The notes under the pieces were generated by a model. That model ran no database searches and was not told where the DNA came from. It saw only the letters and a list, made by a program, of their open reading frames with translations. Source: Candidatus Latescibacterota bacterium (GTDB lineage: Bacteria; Latescibacterota; UBA2968; GCA-2709665). From it: DNA of 64,000 nucleotides. A program made the position numbers and the translations under genes. The stretch is from NCBI GenBank assembly GCA_965116875.1, contig OZ220733.1, positions 2,080,001 through 2,144,000 of the forward strand, given 5' to 3'. Shown piece by piece: positions 1 through 9,715 of this stretch; within the stretch, counting starts at the first letter, position 1; each line of letters begins with the position of its first letter.

Positions 1-511
1 TCTCCATTTCCGATCCCGTTCCGATGACTCTCAGACTGACCACCTGCTCTTCCAGACCGCGCTCCAGGTCGTGCAGATAGTGCATTCGCGGGTCCTGGTT
101 GAGCTTCCTGTTTCTCACGTACCATGCCATGCCTCCATTGGTGATATCGCGGTAGTAACATCGGTCGGTATCGCCGTCATAAGTCGAGATGAAGGGCACG
201 TGGCCGGAACGAGCAATCAGTTGCCACAGTCCGGGCAGGATATCGCGGTGCAGTTCGTGGACCACATAGTGCCGACCGCCAACCAGATCGGAGACGAAGG
301 CGCCGTTGACTTCAACGACCGGCAAACAAAGACGCAGGCCAGCCAGCACCTGGCGCATGGAGGCGATACTGCGTGCGCTGGCCACAGTGAATAGCAGACC
401 CTGATCCATCAACGTGTTAAGGGTATCCCTGCTGTATCGAGATAGAGTCGTTTCGCTATCCAGAAGTGTGCCATCCAGATCGGAGATGTAAAGGGAAGGA
501 TCGGGGAGCAT
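1..511 (-). CDS. Cof-type HAD-IIB family hydrolase (3' end runs off the window)
   Basis: Not in the ORF track; translated by hand from ATG at 511: MLPDPSLYISDLDGTLL...LLFTVASARS...LPVVEVNGAFV. Shows HAD motif I (DLDGT), motif II (ASAR) and the Cof-type NGA motif. Confidence 0.85.
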   Translation of the reverse strand, partial: MLPDPSLYISDLDGTLLDSETTLSRYSRDTLNTLMDQGLLFTVASARSIASMRQVLAGLRLCLPVVEVNGAFVSDLVGGRHYVVHELHRDILPGLWQLIARSGHVPFISTYDGDTDRCYYRDITNGGMAWYVRNRKLNQDPRMHYLHDLERGLEEQVVSLRVIGTGSEME

Positions 512-756
512 CAAGTTTTACCGTTGTTTCGCTGCCCGCTCATGTGCTTATATTTCTCCTGGAGATGCCGAGAATATACCTCTGAGCGGTAGAATCTACA
601 ATGTTCGGAAAGGGCGATTCTTCCAGGCTGTAGCAGATGCCCAACCAGACATCCGATCTCAGTCGAATACTCGCCAAGACTTGTCGAAATCCCAAACCAT
701 CGGGCATAACCACGCCGCTGAACTCTGGCACTTCTGTCAAATCGGAGTCGACCGCA

Positions 757-1230
757 ATGCAGGTCTCTCGCTTTCGAAGTTTCCTGTTTCATTTGGCGAG
801 TATCTATTGGAAAGTGTTTCGCCCGAAGACGTTCGGTGTAAAAGGAACTCTCCCACATCCGGATGACGATCGGCAGATCCTGTTGATCCGAAACACATAT
901 GGGAACACAATGCTATGGAATCTTCCCGGGGGTGGCTACCAACCGAAACGGGAATCGCCCGAACGCGCGATCGATCGGGAGATCAGGGAAGAGTTGTCGG
1001 TTACGCCATACAACACGGAACGATTGGGGCAGTACCGAACTGACACGGAGGGCAAGCGTGACACGGTAATCATATTTCTTTGTCGAATAACTGCAGATCG
1101 CGAGAGAGGTAGTTCAGAAATTGCCGAGATAAGATGGGTTTCACTGGACAAACTCGATCAACTCCAAAACATCGCGCGGGTAGCAGTCCACGGTATTGAA
1201 CTCTTCAAGAAAAGATTGAACCTCATATAG
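757..1230 (+). CDS. NUDIX hydrolase
   Basis: Nudix box WNLPGGGYQPKRESPERAIDREIREELSV. ATG at 757 follows GGAG (744-747), so it is preferred over the ORF-track start at 637. Confidence 0.85.
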   Translation: MQVSRFRSFLFHLASIYWKVFRPKTFGVKGTLPHPDDDRQILLIRNTYGNTMLWNLPGGGYQPKRESPERAIDREIREELSVTPYNTERLGQYRTDTEGKRDTVIIFLCRITADRERGSSEIAEIRWVSLDKLDQLQNIARVAVHGIELFKKRLNLI

Positions 1231-1329
1231 GTATTACGTTGATACGTGGCGTGAGCTTAGGTCGATCAGTCCTGAAGCGAGGATGGGATTGGGCAGCGAT
1301 CTGAAATTTCCATCTACGGCTATCAGGTC

Positions 1330-1893
1330 TCATTGAAGAAGCTCTTTCCGGTTCGGCATACGAGTGATAACATACTGTTTCACCTGCTCATACACCTGAT
1401 CCTCGCCGCCGCTGGCATCGACGGAATGCACCTCTGTACGATTTAGTTCCTGCAGGTAGTTCCAGATATTGCGGACTTTCGGCTCAGTCCTGAAGTATGA
1501 AGGAGCTGCGTAACCCTCCGGCGTGGCACGATGCCGCACTTCAAGCCGCTCCAGACACACTTCGTGCGAACATCGGAGAACGACGGGAATGAACAGCGTG
1601 CGCGGATGCCGTTTGAGAATGCCATCCAGCTTCCGCCACTGGAAATCCCATCCCAGGGTCAGGTCGAGAACCACGCTGGCGGACGACGTGATGAATTCAT
1701 CGCAAAGCCGGAATAGTACGTCGTACGCTACGCGGTACGCGTCAATCCTCCCCTCCCGGATTCCTTTCGACCCCTCGATCGTTCGACCGATGATATCCGA
1801 ACTCAGACAGGGCAGATTGAACTCGCTGGAGAGTCTCCGGCAAACCGTCGTCTTCCCGGCGCCGGGGAATCCGCCTATTGCAATCAATGCCAT
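1330..1893 (-). CDS. AAA_33-type P-loop kinase/ATPase
   Basis: N-terminal Walker A GFPGAGKTT, SVVLD strand and ERLEVR lid, typical of small NMP/gluconate-kinase-like proteins. Confidence 0.8.
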   Translation of the reverse strand: MALIAIGGFPGAGKTTVCRRLSSEFNLPCLSSDIIGRTIEGSKGIREGRIDAYRVAYDVLFRLCDEFITSSASVVLDLTLGWDFQWRKLDGILKRHPRTLFIPVVLRCSHEVCLERLEVRHRATPEGYAAPSYFRTEPKVRNIWNYLQELNRTEVHSVDASGGEDQVYEQVKQYVITRMPNRKELLQ

Positions 1894-1968
1894 CCGATGC
1901 TCTCTGGCAGGGAGATGACGCGCGAAATTCGATTCACGTACAGGATGGTACGGACGTTTTTTCAGCCG

Positions 1969-3099
1969 CTAAGCCAGCTCCACCTTGAACAGGAAGCTCG
2001 CGCGGAAGTGGTTGTCCGATTCGGCCACGATGAACGTCTTCGCGTCCACCATGCACATATGGTGCGCCAGCCAGCACCGCGTACCGTCCTGCGTATCCTG
2101 AATCGGCCCGAGGTTATCGAACCGCCGGGTTTCCCGGTCATACGTGAAGAAGTGCGTATCGTAGTTTCCGCCGCTGACCCCATAGATCAACCCGTCGGGG
2201 CCCTCGATCAGTCCCTTCATACGCGGCGCGACATAAGGTTTTCCCAGATACGTCGCGCACACGCCGGTGCCGCTGTGATCCACCTGTACCAGCGCCCCCG
2301 CGCTGGTTCCGACGTACATCGTCCCGTCCTCCGTCAGCAGCGACGAATCCATCTGATTCGACCCCTTAATTCCCGGCGAAACGTCCGGCAGGTCCACGTT
2401 CGTAAAGTCGATCTCGTCCCTGGCAGGATCGTATCGAAGCAGTGGATAACGCCCGGCCCATTGCATCAGTTCGTACGTGTGCCAGGCGCCGCCGTCCGCG
2501 TCCAGGGCGAGATGCTCGGTGGATACGTCGCCCAGCATGGTCAGCACACGCGCGCTGTCGCTACCGATATCGTATCGAAACATCTTTCGTCCGGGAAACG
2601 TATCGCCGTAGATGACGCCCCGCCGGCGGTCCAAGACGAATCCCTGAACGTAGTCGTGCTCGATCGGGATGCACAGGAACTCGTACTCTCCGGTCCGGGG
2701 GTCGTATCGGAAGATCGGTCCGCCCGTAGCTTTCGGCCAGATGTCGGCGTCGCCCAGTGTGGCGACACCCGCGTACACGCGTCCCTCGTCGTCCACCTCC
2801 AGGCCCTGGTGGATCTTGCTTCCGTACCGGTCCCTCTCCCCGGGATAATTCAGGGACGTCCACGTACCCGTCGCCGGGTCGAATGAGTAGAAGATGTCCC
2901 TGTCCAGCGCGGTCAGCCCCACGTAGACCAGGCCGTCTATCGGGTTGTAGCACACGCACGTGGGAGAGATCCACTTCCGGCCGAAGACCTCGTCTTCAAT
3001 CCAGTCCTCGCTCGCCTTCCACTTCGTGAAGTGGTTCCACTTTTCCATACTGATTTCGCATTCCCGAAGCCGATGGGCGGTGATTCTTTCTATCTTCAT
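1969..3099 (-). CDS. Beta-propeller repeat protein, function unknown
   Basis: Repeated blades of the form D-G-x-[VI]-Y-x-G...F-x-Y-D-P-x-T-G. ATG at 3099 has a GAGG RBS; alternative start at 3048. Confidence 0.7.
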   Translation of the reverse strand: MKIERITAHRLRECEISMEKWNHFTKWKASEDWIEDEVFGRKWISPTCVCYNPIDGLVYVGLTALDRDIFYSFDPATGTWTSLNYPGERDRYGSKIHQGLEVDDEGRVYAGVATLGDADIWPKATGGPIFRYDPRTGEYEFLCIPIEHDYVQGFVLDRRRGVIYGDTFPGRKMFRYDIGSDSARVLTMLGDVSTEHLALDADGGAWHTYELMQWAGRYPLLRYDPARDEIDFTNVDLPDVSPGIKGSNQMDSSLLTEDGTMYVGTSAGALVQVDHSGTGVCATYLGKPYVAPRMKGLIEGPDGLIYGVSGGNYDTHFFTYDRETRRFDNLGPIQDTQDGTRCWLAHHMCMVDAKTFIVAESDNHFRASFLFKVELA

Positions 3100-3160
3100 G
3101 ATTTTACCCTCGAGTGTGGACGTATGTTTTTCTGCGCGTGCATTCGGGTTTACCGCCGAA

Positions 3161-3931
3161 TCAGCCGGATTCCGCCCTTTGCGATGGAAGGACGGCAATC
3201 AGCCGGCAGGGCGCCGCGCACGCGCCTCTGATTTTCATCGGCAAAGCGATCAGCCGGATTCGGGGGGCGGCAATCTCCGCCACGTTCATCAGCGAACCGA
3301 TCACCAGAACGCCGGATCTCATCAGCATGGGCCAGAAGCTCGGTTCTTCCTCTCCATCGTGCCAGCTCGCCATGTCCGACGCCAGGATCGAAGGCTCCTG
3401 ATTCACCGCCCAGTCGATCGCGTCGTAGCTGAAATGCGGCGTCAGTTCGCAGCGAATGTCGCCGCTGCCAAACCGGTCGTATCCCGTGGCGACCAGGATT
3501 GCGTCCCCCGGATGGATCGTTTCTCCCAGGTCCGCCAGAGCACGACCCAGGTCGGCGGCGGTCACCTTTTCGTCCTTCCCCCTGGGAATATGCATCACCA
3601 CCGCGGATACGAACAGCCGTTCCAGGCCGACTTCGGAAATCGACTCCATTTCAGGATAGAGGTGTGCTCCGGTTTCCAGATAGTTTCCGGCCTGCACGCA
3701 CATACGAACTTCCTGAGTGTAACTGCGGTACTCGCGGCCCATGCACAGGGCCTCCATTTCTTCGTCCAGTTCGTGCATCCTGAACGAGGGCAGCGTACCG
3801 GTCATATCCACGGGCATACCGTTGAAGTAATCGCAGGTGAGGTCGACGAGCCGACCCACGTCCCACGTCTGGTTCAACGCTACACCCGAAACCCCGCCGC
3901 CGCCCGATTCTTCTGTTCTATCCGACTTCAT
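3161..3931 (-). CDS. Cyclase (kynurenine formamidase-like) family protein with a degenerate metal motif
   Basis: RLVDLT...GMPV start, PGDAILVATGY, C-terminal LIALPMKIRGACAAPCRLIA. GGAGG RBS before ATG 3931. Confidence 0.8.
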   Translation of the reverse strand: MKSDRTEESGGGGVSGVALNQTWDVGRLVDLTCDYFNGMPVDMTGTLPSFRMHELDEEMEALCMGREYRSYTQEVRMCVQAGNYLETGAHLYPEMESISEVGLERLFVSAVVMHIPRGKDEKVTAADLGRALADLGETIHPGDAILVATGYDRFGSGDIRCELTPHFSYDAIDWAVNQEPSILASDMASWHDGEEEPSFWPMLMRSGVLVIGSLMNVAEIAAPRIRLIALPMKIRGACAAPCRLIAVLPSQRAESG

Positions 3932-4034
3932 GTCTTGCCTCCGTTTGCGCAAGCAGCTTCGGAATCAGATGTCAGGTTCATTTTACAGGTTCAACGCACC
4001 CGACGAACGCCAATAGGATTTGACCTTGAGCCGC

Positions 4035-4147
4035 TCCCTGAGCTTGTCGAAGGGTCGGCGAAGTGGTATCGATCGGATTGCAAATCGCTGGCATTTCGAC
4101 AAGCTCAATGACCACGCGTTTACAGGCTAACTTCGACTTGCTAAATG
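4035..4147. repeat. REP-like inverted repeat pair (TCCCTGAGCTTGTCGAAGGG / CATTTCGACAAGCTCAATG) plus a degenerate third copy
   Basis: TGAGCTTGTCGAA (4039-4051) and its reverse complement TTCGACAAGCTCA (4095-4107); CTTCGACTTGCTAAATG at 4131-4147. Confidence 0.65.
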
Positions 4148-4243
4148 TAAGTCTAGACTATTGCTTACGCTGGCGGCATGGAGTCAAGATTAGCAGACGC
4201 GATCGTTGAACGATACGCAGCGCAAATTCACCCTATCCCGCCC

Positions 4244-6208
4244 TTATGCATAGGGAAAGAACGCATTTGAGACGGTTCCCGTAAAGTAGTCCACAGCGAT
4301 CCAGACGCCGGTGCAAACGGCCTCTCCAATGATGATTCCCATAAAGAACGGACGCGTCGACCTGTACAGCCGGGCGCCCCCGAACCTCAGCACGAGGTTC
4401 TTGACGCCCCAGGCCAGGAATACATTGATAAAGAAGTAATCCGTATAGGCAATCGTGCTGACCGGAAGCGCGACAGGATGCAGGGGCCACCACACGAACC
4501 GCGCACGCATCGCCGCCAATAACGCCGCAATGGCGCCCCCCAGCCCCAGATACAGAAATCCTCTCGTGAAGATCGGACTCGGCTCAAGCATGCGCCGCCC
4601 GACAAAGGCATCGAACGGAAGACGCGCGTAGTCCAGAAAGTGCCGGTCGAGATTCAGCCCGCCGTGCCCGTAGCCAAGCTTCAGCGTCATCGTGCCCGCA
4701 GTGATCAGCCCCACCGCCAGCGCCAGCCCCATCGCCCACACCAGGCCCCGCCTCCGTGCGAATCGCCGCGCAAGAAAGAGGGCGCCCGCCGCCCTGGGCA
4801 TCAGCGTACTCGTTCGCGTCATCGTCCAGGCGTAGCCGAACCCCAGCGTCACCAGTCCTGCCGGGCCGAAAGCGGAAGACCCGATCATGCACACAGCGAA
4901 CTCAGACGGATTGATGGGTGAGTACGCGGTGACGAATCCGGTCTCACTCACAACACGCGCCATCACCAGGAACACGATGAAACAGGATGCGAACAAGACC
5001 AGGATCACCGGCGGAGACATCCCGGCCTGGTACAGCCAGCACCCCAGATAGAGGGTTCCTCCGCCGATCCCGATCACCGCTGCCCGGTAGGACATCACCT
5101 CCTTTGAATCGTCCGCCGCGGATGGTCTTCCCAGCGCCGTGGCCGCAACCTGGCGCAGGTGTTCGCGCCCAACCCACAGGCTGTACGCGGCCAGGACCAC
5201 CATGTAGCCCATGCCCATCAGGGCCAGCGACGCGTGTCCCTGGGAACTGAAACGGCCCACCACGCCCGAGACATTGTAGCGTTCCGCACCCAGGATTGCC
5301 AGTACTCCCCGGACAATCTTGGAGATCACGTTGAACACCCAGATGCTCAGGCTCACGTCCGTATTCACGAAATAGGAGTACCCCAGAATAGCGAAGTGCA
5401 GCCTGAGGCGCAAGGGCGTCGTACCGTCGAAAATCCAGATATCGTGAACAAGGCCGATCCGCGGGATCGTGTGAAAATAGTGGTGCAGCGCGTTAATCGA
5501 ACCGATCGCGAACGGAATCGCGAAACCCGCCCACGTCAACCGGCTCCTGAAGAGCCGTCCCACCCTTCCGCTTCGGGTCTCGCTCACCTCCAAAGGTACC
5601 TGCATGATGGGAAACGCGAACCGTTCGTGGTCCTCCCACTGCTTTCGCAGGATTACCGCCAGGCAGATCAGTACCCCGAGAAGCACCAGCAGAAACGCGC
5701 CCCAGCTCACGAGCGGGACGAGCCATGCCTCCCACGGCGGGGAAACCCCGTCGGGCAGCCCCTCGTAGAGTCCCCGGACGACCTCGATGTCCCGCGGCGC
5801 CGTCCAGGTGACGATGTTGGGCAACACGGCCTCCAGGTCGCGCCGCTCGGGAGATGCATAGTAGGTGACGCCGGTGAGGTACGAGATCAGGTGCTTGACC
5901 ATTTGCGAAACGGGCAGCAGAAACAGAAACATCACGTAAATGGCCAGCAGTTCGCCGCGATTCAGAGCGAGTCGTTTCTTAAGCGCGGCAAGCAGCGGAT
6001 TGGCGAACAGGACGAGCAGGAAAAGGAGTACCAGCGCGCCGCGGTCTATGAAATACGCGTTCAGCCAACGGCCCTGGATTACCATGCGATTGTAGGGCAG
6101 CACCAGTCCCAGAAAGGCGCACAGAGCAAGGCCGATCAGAAATGCCCGGGGGCTCAGGCCGTCCCGTCCGTCTTCATCGGGCGCGTGGTAGCCGGGTTCG
6201 CGGTTCAT
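4244..6208 (-). CDS. Polytopic membrane protein, DUF6785/DUF6784-type putative transporter
   Basis: Many hydrophobic helices; motifs ILRKQWEDHERFAFP, WWPLHP and RFGGARLYRSTRPFFMGIIIG recalled for this family. Start trimmed to MNREPG. Confidence 0.65.
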   Translation of the reverse strand: MNREPGYHAPDEDGRDGLSPRAFLIGLALCAFLGLVLPYNRMVIQGRWLNAYFIDRGALVLLFLLVLFANPLLAALKKRLALNRGELLAIYVMFLFLLPVSQMVKHLISYLTGVTYYASPERRDLEAVLPNIVTWTAPRDIEVVRGLYEGLPDGVSPPWEAWLVPLVSWGAFLLVLLGVLICLAVILRKQWEDHERFAFPIMQVPLEVSETRSGRVGRLFRSRLTWAGFAIPFAIGSINALHHYFHTIPRIGLVHDIWIFDGTTPLRLRLHFAILGYSYFVNTDVSLSIWVFNVISKIVRGVLAILGAERYNVSGVVGRFSSQGHASLALMGMGYMVVLAAYSLWVGREHLRQVAATALGRPSAADDSKEVMSYRAAVIGIGGGTLYLGCWLYQAGMSPPVILVLFASCFIVFLVMARVVSETGFVTAYSPINPSEFAVCMIGSSAFGPAGLVTLGFGYAWTMTRTSTLMPRAAGALFLARRFARRRGLVWAMGLALAVGLITAGTMTLKLGYGHGGLNLDRHFLDYARLPFDAFVGRRMLEPSPIFTRGFLYLGLGGAIAALLAAMRARFVWWPLHPVALPVSTIAYTDYFFINVFLAWGVKNLVLRFGGARLYRSTRPFFMGIIIGEAVCTGVWIAVDYFTGTVSNAFFPYA

Positions 6209-6240
6209 TCCTGATATGGTCCCTTCAATTCGTGAACGTG

Positions 6241-8334
6241 TCACTCCCACTCCGCCACCAGGGGAATCACGCCGTCCGCATGGGTGATCCGCAGAGGACA
6301 TCGGACGGACCCGGAATCGAGCAAAGCGTCCGCCGCGCAGGATGCTTCCGTCAGTCCGTTGAAGATTCGCGAGAGCCGCTTCCCCTCTGGAATCCGGAAT
6401 CGGATCGACACGGTCGCCTCCGCTCCGAGGTACGACGCGAGAATTGCGATGGCGTATCGAGGCCCCACCTGGGGGAAGAACTGGAACGTGTTCATTCCAC
6501 GCCGGTCCCAGGGGCGAAGCCGCTGGTAGGCCGTTTCCGGCGGGAAATCCTCCACCTCGACCCACGCCGGCCGGCGAGCCAGGAACCTGACCACATTCCC
6601 GATCAGCCGGCGCGTGTGGTTTGGCAGCTTCACCAGAGGTTCATACCCCGGCTCGCGATGATGGAGCACGGGATCGCCCGCCAGGTAGACGAACCTGCCT
6701 TCGCCCACAAGGCTCGAGACCAGTCCCGGCGCGCCCGTGTCGCGTCCGTCCGCGTCCACGAGCGTCGCCCAGACTTCCCCTTCCACACGGCCGATTCTGT
6801 ATGGATTCTCCACGACCACCGGCGCCGTGATGTTTTCCCGCACCGGACAGGCGCTCGTAAACGCGAGACTGTACTGCCCCGCCAGCCTGTCGCCGCTGCA
6901 CAACGCACCCCATTGTGAAGGCAAACCCTCATCGACGGGGACTCCCTCCTCGTCGTACAGTCCCAGGTCCGCGATCGCCAGAACCCGTCCGCCGCCTTCC
7001 AGATAGGCCGTGAGCCTTTCCCGCTGTTGCAGGGAGAGACAGCAAACGTGGGGCAACACCAGCGGGTCGTTCCGGCTCAGATCCGTTTCCTCCAGGCGGC
7101 TGTCCCACACGAACGCATAGGGCAAACCCTCGTCCCGCAGTATCCGCGCAACGGGATGGATCGCCAGAGCGTCGTAGTCCACGTCGTGATACCGCCACAC
7201 CTCGCTCTGTATGGAATGCAACAGGCTGCAGGAGAATTCCGGTTCCGTCTCCTTCAGATAGCGATCCAGGCGGAGCGTCTCCATATACCCTTCGTACTGC
7301 GCCGGCGACGTCCGCAAGGTCTCGTAACACCACGGACTCACGTACTCGGCGCCCACCGCAAACGGCAGGATACCGATCCACTGGCCGTCCTTGCGCGTCA
7401 TCTCCAGCGAAGTGCCGGGACAGAACGCCTGCACCGCCAGTCGCAGCGGCTTTCCCTGAAGCGCGCCGACGAAGATCGAGGCCATGTCGAGTACAATGGG
7501 GAAACGCGGCGTGAAATGATGGGTGCCCCGCGTGACGCCATGGTAAATCCCGGTGTTCATCGTATCCAGGGCGCGGCTCATCGCCCCCAGATCCACTGCG
7601 GAAGCCCACGGCCGGATCCCCATCAATTCGGTACACGCCGTGGCCATGCCCACCCCCAACCCGGGGCGTACTTCCCGTACCGTATCCCGAAACTCCGCGT
7701 GTACCGCCGTCCACTGTTCGAATCGCCACTTGATCCAGTTTCGCCACAACGCGTCTTTCCAATCGATCCCGGTTGGCGGTTCCTCTCCGTAACGGTCCGC
7801 AAAACGCGCGCGGCAGAAGTCGCAATAGCAGGCCATATCGCCGTACGCGCCCAGAAATCCTTCGTCGTTCAGGTACACGAACCTCAGCGCCGGAATCCGG
7901 GTCAACTTGCGCAACTCCGCCTTATATTGACTCTTGTTCGCTTCGTTGAAGGGACAGAGCCAGTTCACGCTTCTGATGCGGCCTTCCACGGAGGTCAGGT
8001 CGCGGGACGCCTGTCCTGAGGCCGTCTCCCGGCTGCGTTTTCCTGTTCCGTCGCCCCGCAGAACCATCCGACGATCGGGATGATCCAGCACGACCCGCTC
8101 GTGATATTTCATATACCCCGTATTCACGAGCACGCCCATCCCTTCCCGTTCGGCCAGTCTTCCGACTTCCATTGCGGTGGACAGACGAAGCCCGCCGATA
8201 TCCACGCCGGATTCAACCTTGTTCACGAAAAAATACAGGTCCGTGAAGCCCAGATTTCTGGCTTCAGGCACGACATCTTCCGGAACCCAATCCGTGGGGA
8301 TGTGCAGGTGGGCGAGGCGTCGTATTTCACGCAT
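6241..8334 (-). CDS. Putative glycoside hydrolase (GH42-like TIM barrel plus glutamine amidotransferase-like trimerisation domain)
   Basis: WLCPFN...YLNDE...CYCDFCRARF zinc motif; later LVLPHVCCLS...LTAYLEGGGRVL...GEGRFVYL. Confidence 0.65.
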   Translation of the reverse strand: MREIRRLAHLHIPTDWVPEDVVPEARNLGFTDLYFFVNKVESGVDIGGLRLSTAMEVGRLAEREGMGVLVNTGYMKYHERVVLDHPDRRMVLRGDGTGKRSRETASGQASRDLTSVEGRIRSVNWLCPFNEANKSQYKAELRKLTRIPALRFVYLNDEGFLGAYGDMACYCDFCRARFADRYGEEPPTGIDWKDALWRNWIKWRFEQWTAVHAEFRDTVREVRPGLGVGMATACTELMGIRPWASAVDLGAMSRALDTMNTGIYHGVTRGTHHFTPRFPIVLDMASIFVGALQGKPLRLAVQAFCPGTSLEMTRKDGQWIGILPFAVGAEYVSPWCYETLRTSPAQYEGYMETLRLDRYLKETEPEFSCSLLHSIQSEVWRYHDVDYDALAIHPVARILRDEGLPYAFVWDSRLEETDLSRNDPLVLPHVCCLSLQQRERLTAYLEGGGRVLAIADLGLYDEEGVPVDEGLPSQWGALCSGDRLAGQYSLAFTSACPVRENITAPVVVENPYRIGRVEGEVWATLVDADGRDTGAPGLVSSLVGEGRFVYLAGDPVLHHREPGYEPLVKLPNHTRRLIGNVVRFLARRPAWVEVEDFPPETAYQRLRPWDRRGMNTFQFFPQVGPRYAIAILASYLGAEATVSIRFRIPEGKRLSRIFNGLTEASCAADALLDSGSVRCPLRITHADGVIPLVAEWE

Positions 8335-8428
8335 ACCTGAATCTCCAGTCAGGGTCGTACGCGGGAAGGCACGGGCCGAAACACGCGTATCGGGTCAGGG
8401 AAAGACACCTGTACGAGCGAGGCGCTGT

Positions 8429-9532
8429 TCAACGAGGGTAGGCGACTTCGGTGTACCTGTCTTTGCGGAGCGGAAACGGATGTACCCGCATTCTCCGGTC
8501 GGCGGAGGTCATAAAGATTGCATGGGACGTAATCCAGTTCGCAATGTTGGCCTCCGGCATCTGCAGGATACGACCGGGGGCGTGCAGGTCGAATGCAAAA
8601 TCGACCAGCTCGTCGAGTGTGGACATCCGCGCAAACGCATCCCTGTGGTATTGCACGTACTGCACGCGGTTCTGCGAATTGTAATAGTAGGGGCTCGTCC
8701 AGAACTCCGGTTGGAACTTCCGCGCCGGATCCTGAAGATCCGGATGCTGCCAATGGTTCACCTCCAGGACCATGCCGTCTTCGGGTTCGCGAAATGCGAT
8801 ATTTCCCGACTCCAGTTCGAAACCGAGGACGTTGCCCCGGGCGTCCACAGCCGTGCCGGTCAGCCCCTTCAGGCCGGAAATCCGGTATTGTGAAAGAAAC
8901 CGCCTGACGTCCTCGCAGTCACTGCAATGCTGGGGAACCAGCCCTGTGATCTGAAACAGATTGACGTGTTCCGGATTGTCCGGCCAATGGAATTTCGGCG
9001 CCCCCGACGCCCAGCCCGTCAACAGACCGGCGTCGTTGACCGACGTATGGACCACGCAGAAGTGATGCCCGCCCATGCCCACGTATCCGTGCGGGCGGCA
9101 ATCCGGAAACGCGGCCACGAAGCGATCCCTGAGGAAGTACTCCGTTCCCGCGGCATCGGAAGGGTCGTACGTCCGCAACAGGGCCGGTCCGTCCTCCCGA
9201 AGCAGAATTCCGAACGCGGAACAAGCTTCTTCGTCGCGGCCGGTATTGACTATGTGCAGATAGTACGTGTGATCGAAATTATCGATACCCGCCGCCGCGC
9301 CGTAAGCCTCCATCCGTTCCATGAAATCCGGAAACTCACGCCGCATAAACGCCATGTTCTTGCGAAAGTAGGGGTGGTCGAAATCGTGAGGCCACGTCAA
9401 CCATTCCTTCAGCCGCGAGCGGAGAAAACCCGGGTCCAGGGAACCGTGAGCCCTGCCCATCTCGGCGGGGCTTCCCCGGAACACGTGGAATTTCACCGGT
9501 CCTTCGCGAAGCAAACCTACAGGATCGGGCAT
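8429..9532 (-). CDS. C45 family autoproteolytic acyltransferase/peptidase (Ntn hydrolase)
   Basis: GSPAEMGRAHG start, nucleophile motif EEACSAFG, VNDAGL, VNHW. GAGGAG RBS. Confidence 0.75.
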   Translation of the reverse strand: MPDPVGLLREGPVKFHVFRGSPAEMGRAHGSLDPGFLRSRLKEWLTWPHDFDHPYFRKNMAFMRREFPDFMERMEAYGAAAGIDNFDHTYYLHIVNTGRDEEACSAFGILLREDGPALLRTYDPSDAAGTEYFLRDRFVAAFPDCRPHGYVGMGGHHFCVVHTSVNDAGLLTGWASGAPKFHWPDNPEHVNLFQITGLVPQHCSDCEDVRRFLSQYRISGLKGLTGTAVDARGNVLGFELESGNIAFREPEDGMVLEVNHWQHPDLQDPARKFQPEFWTSPYYYNSQNRVQYVQYHRDAFARMSTLDELVDFAFDLHAPGRILQMPEANIANWITSHAIFMTSADRRMRVHPFPLRKDRYTEVAYPR

Positions 9533-9616
9533 TGAACTCTCCTCAGATTCCGCCGATGGTCTCAGCAAACAGACCCTGTGGAATGCGACGAGCCGGAAAA
9601 TAGCGCCCTCGAAAAA

Positions 9617-9684
9617 GAGAACCCGCCTGAAAACCCTGCAAGCCTCGCAATAGATGCTCGTCAGGTGTGTTCAGACGGGTTCTC
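9617..9684. repeat. Long-loop inverted-repeat element, copy 1 of 3
   Basis: GAGAACCCGCCTGAA ... TTCAGACGGGTTCTC with internal GCAAGCC, downstream of paralog 1. Confidence 0.7.
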
Positions 9685-9715
9685 AGGATCTGACTTCCCG
9701 GCTGACCGTATGGCG

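Noticed and set aside
511-858. Minus-strand ORFs 511..858 and 540..740
   Set aside because: No family motif, and the longer one overlaps the NUDIX start. A gene remnant is possible but unsupported.
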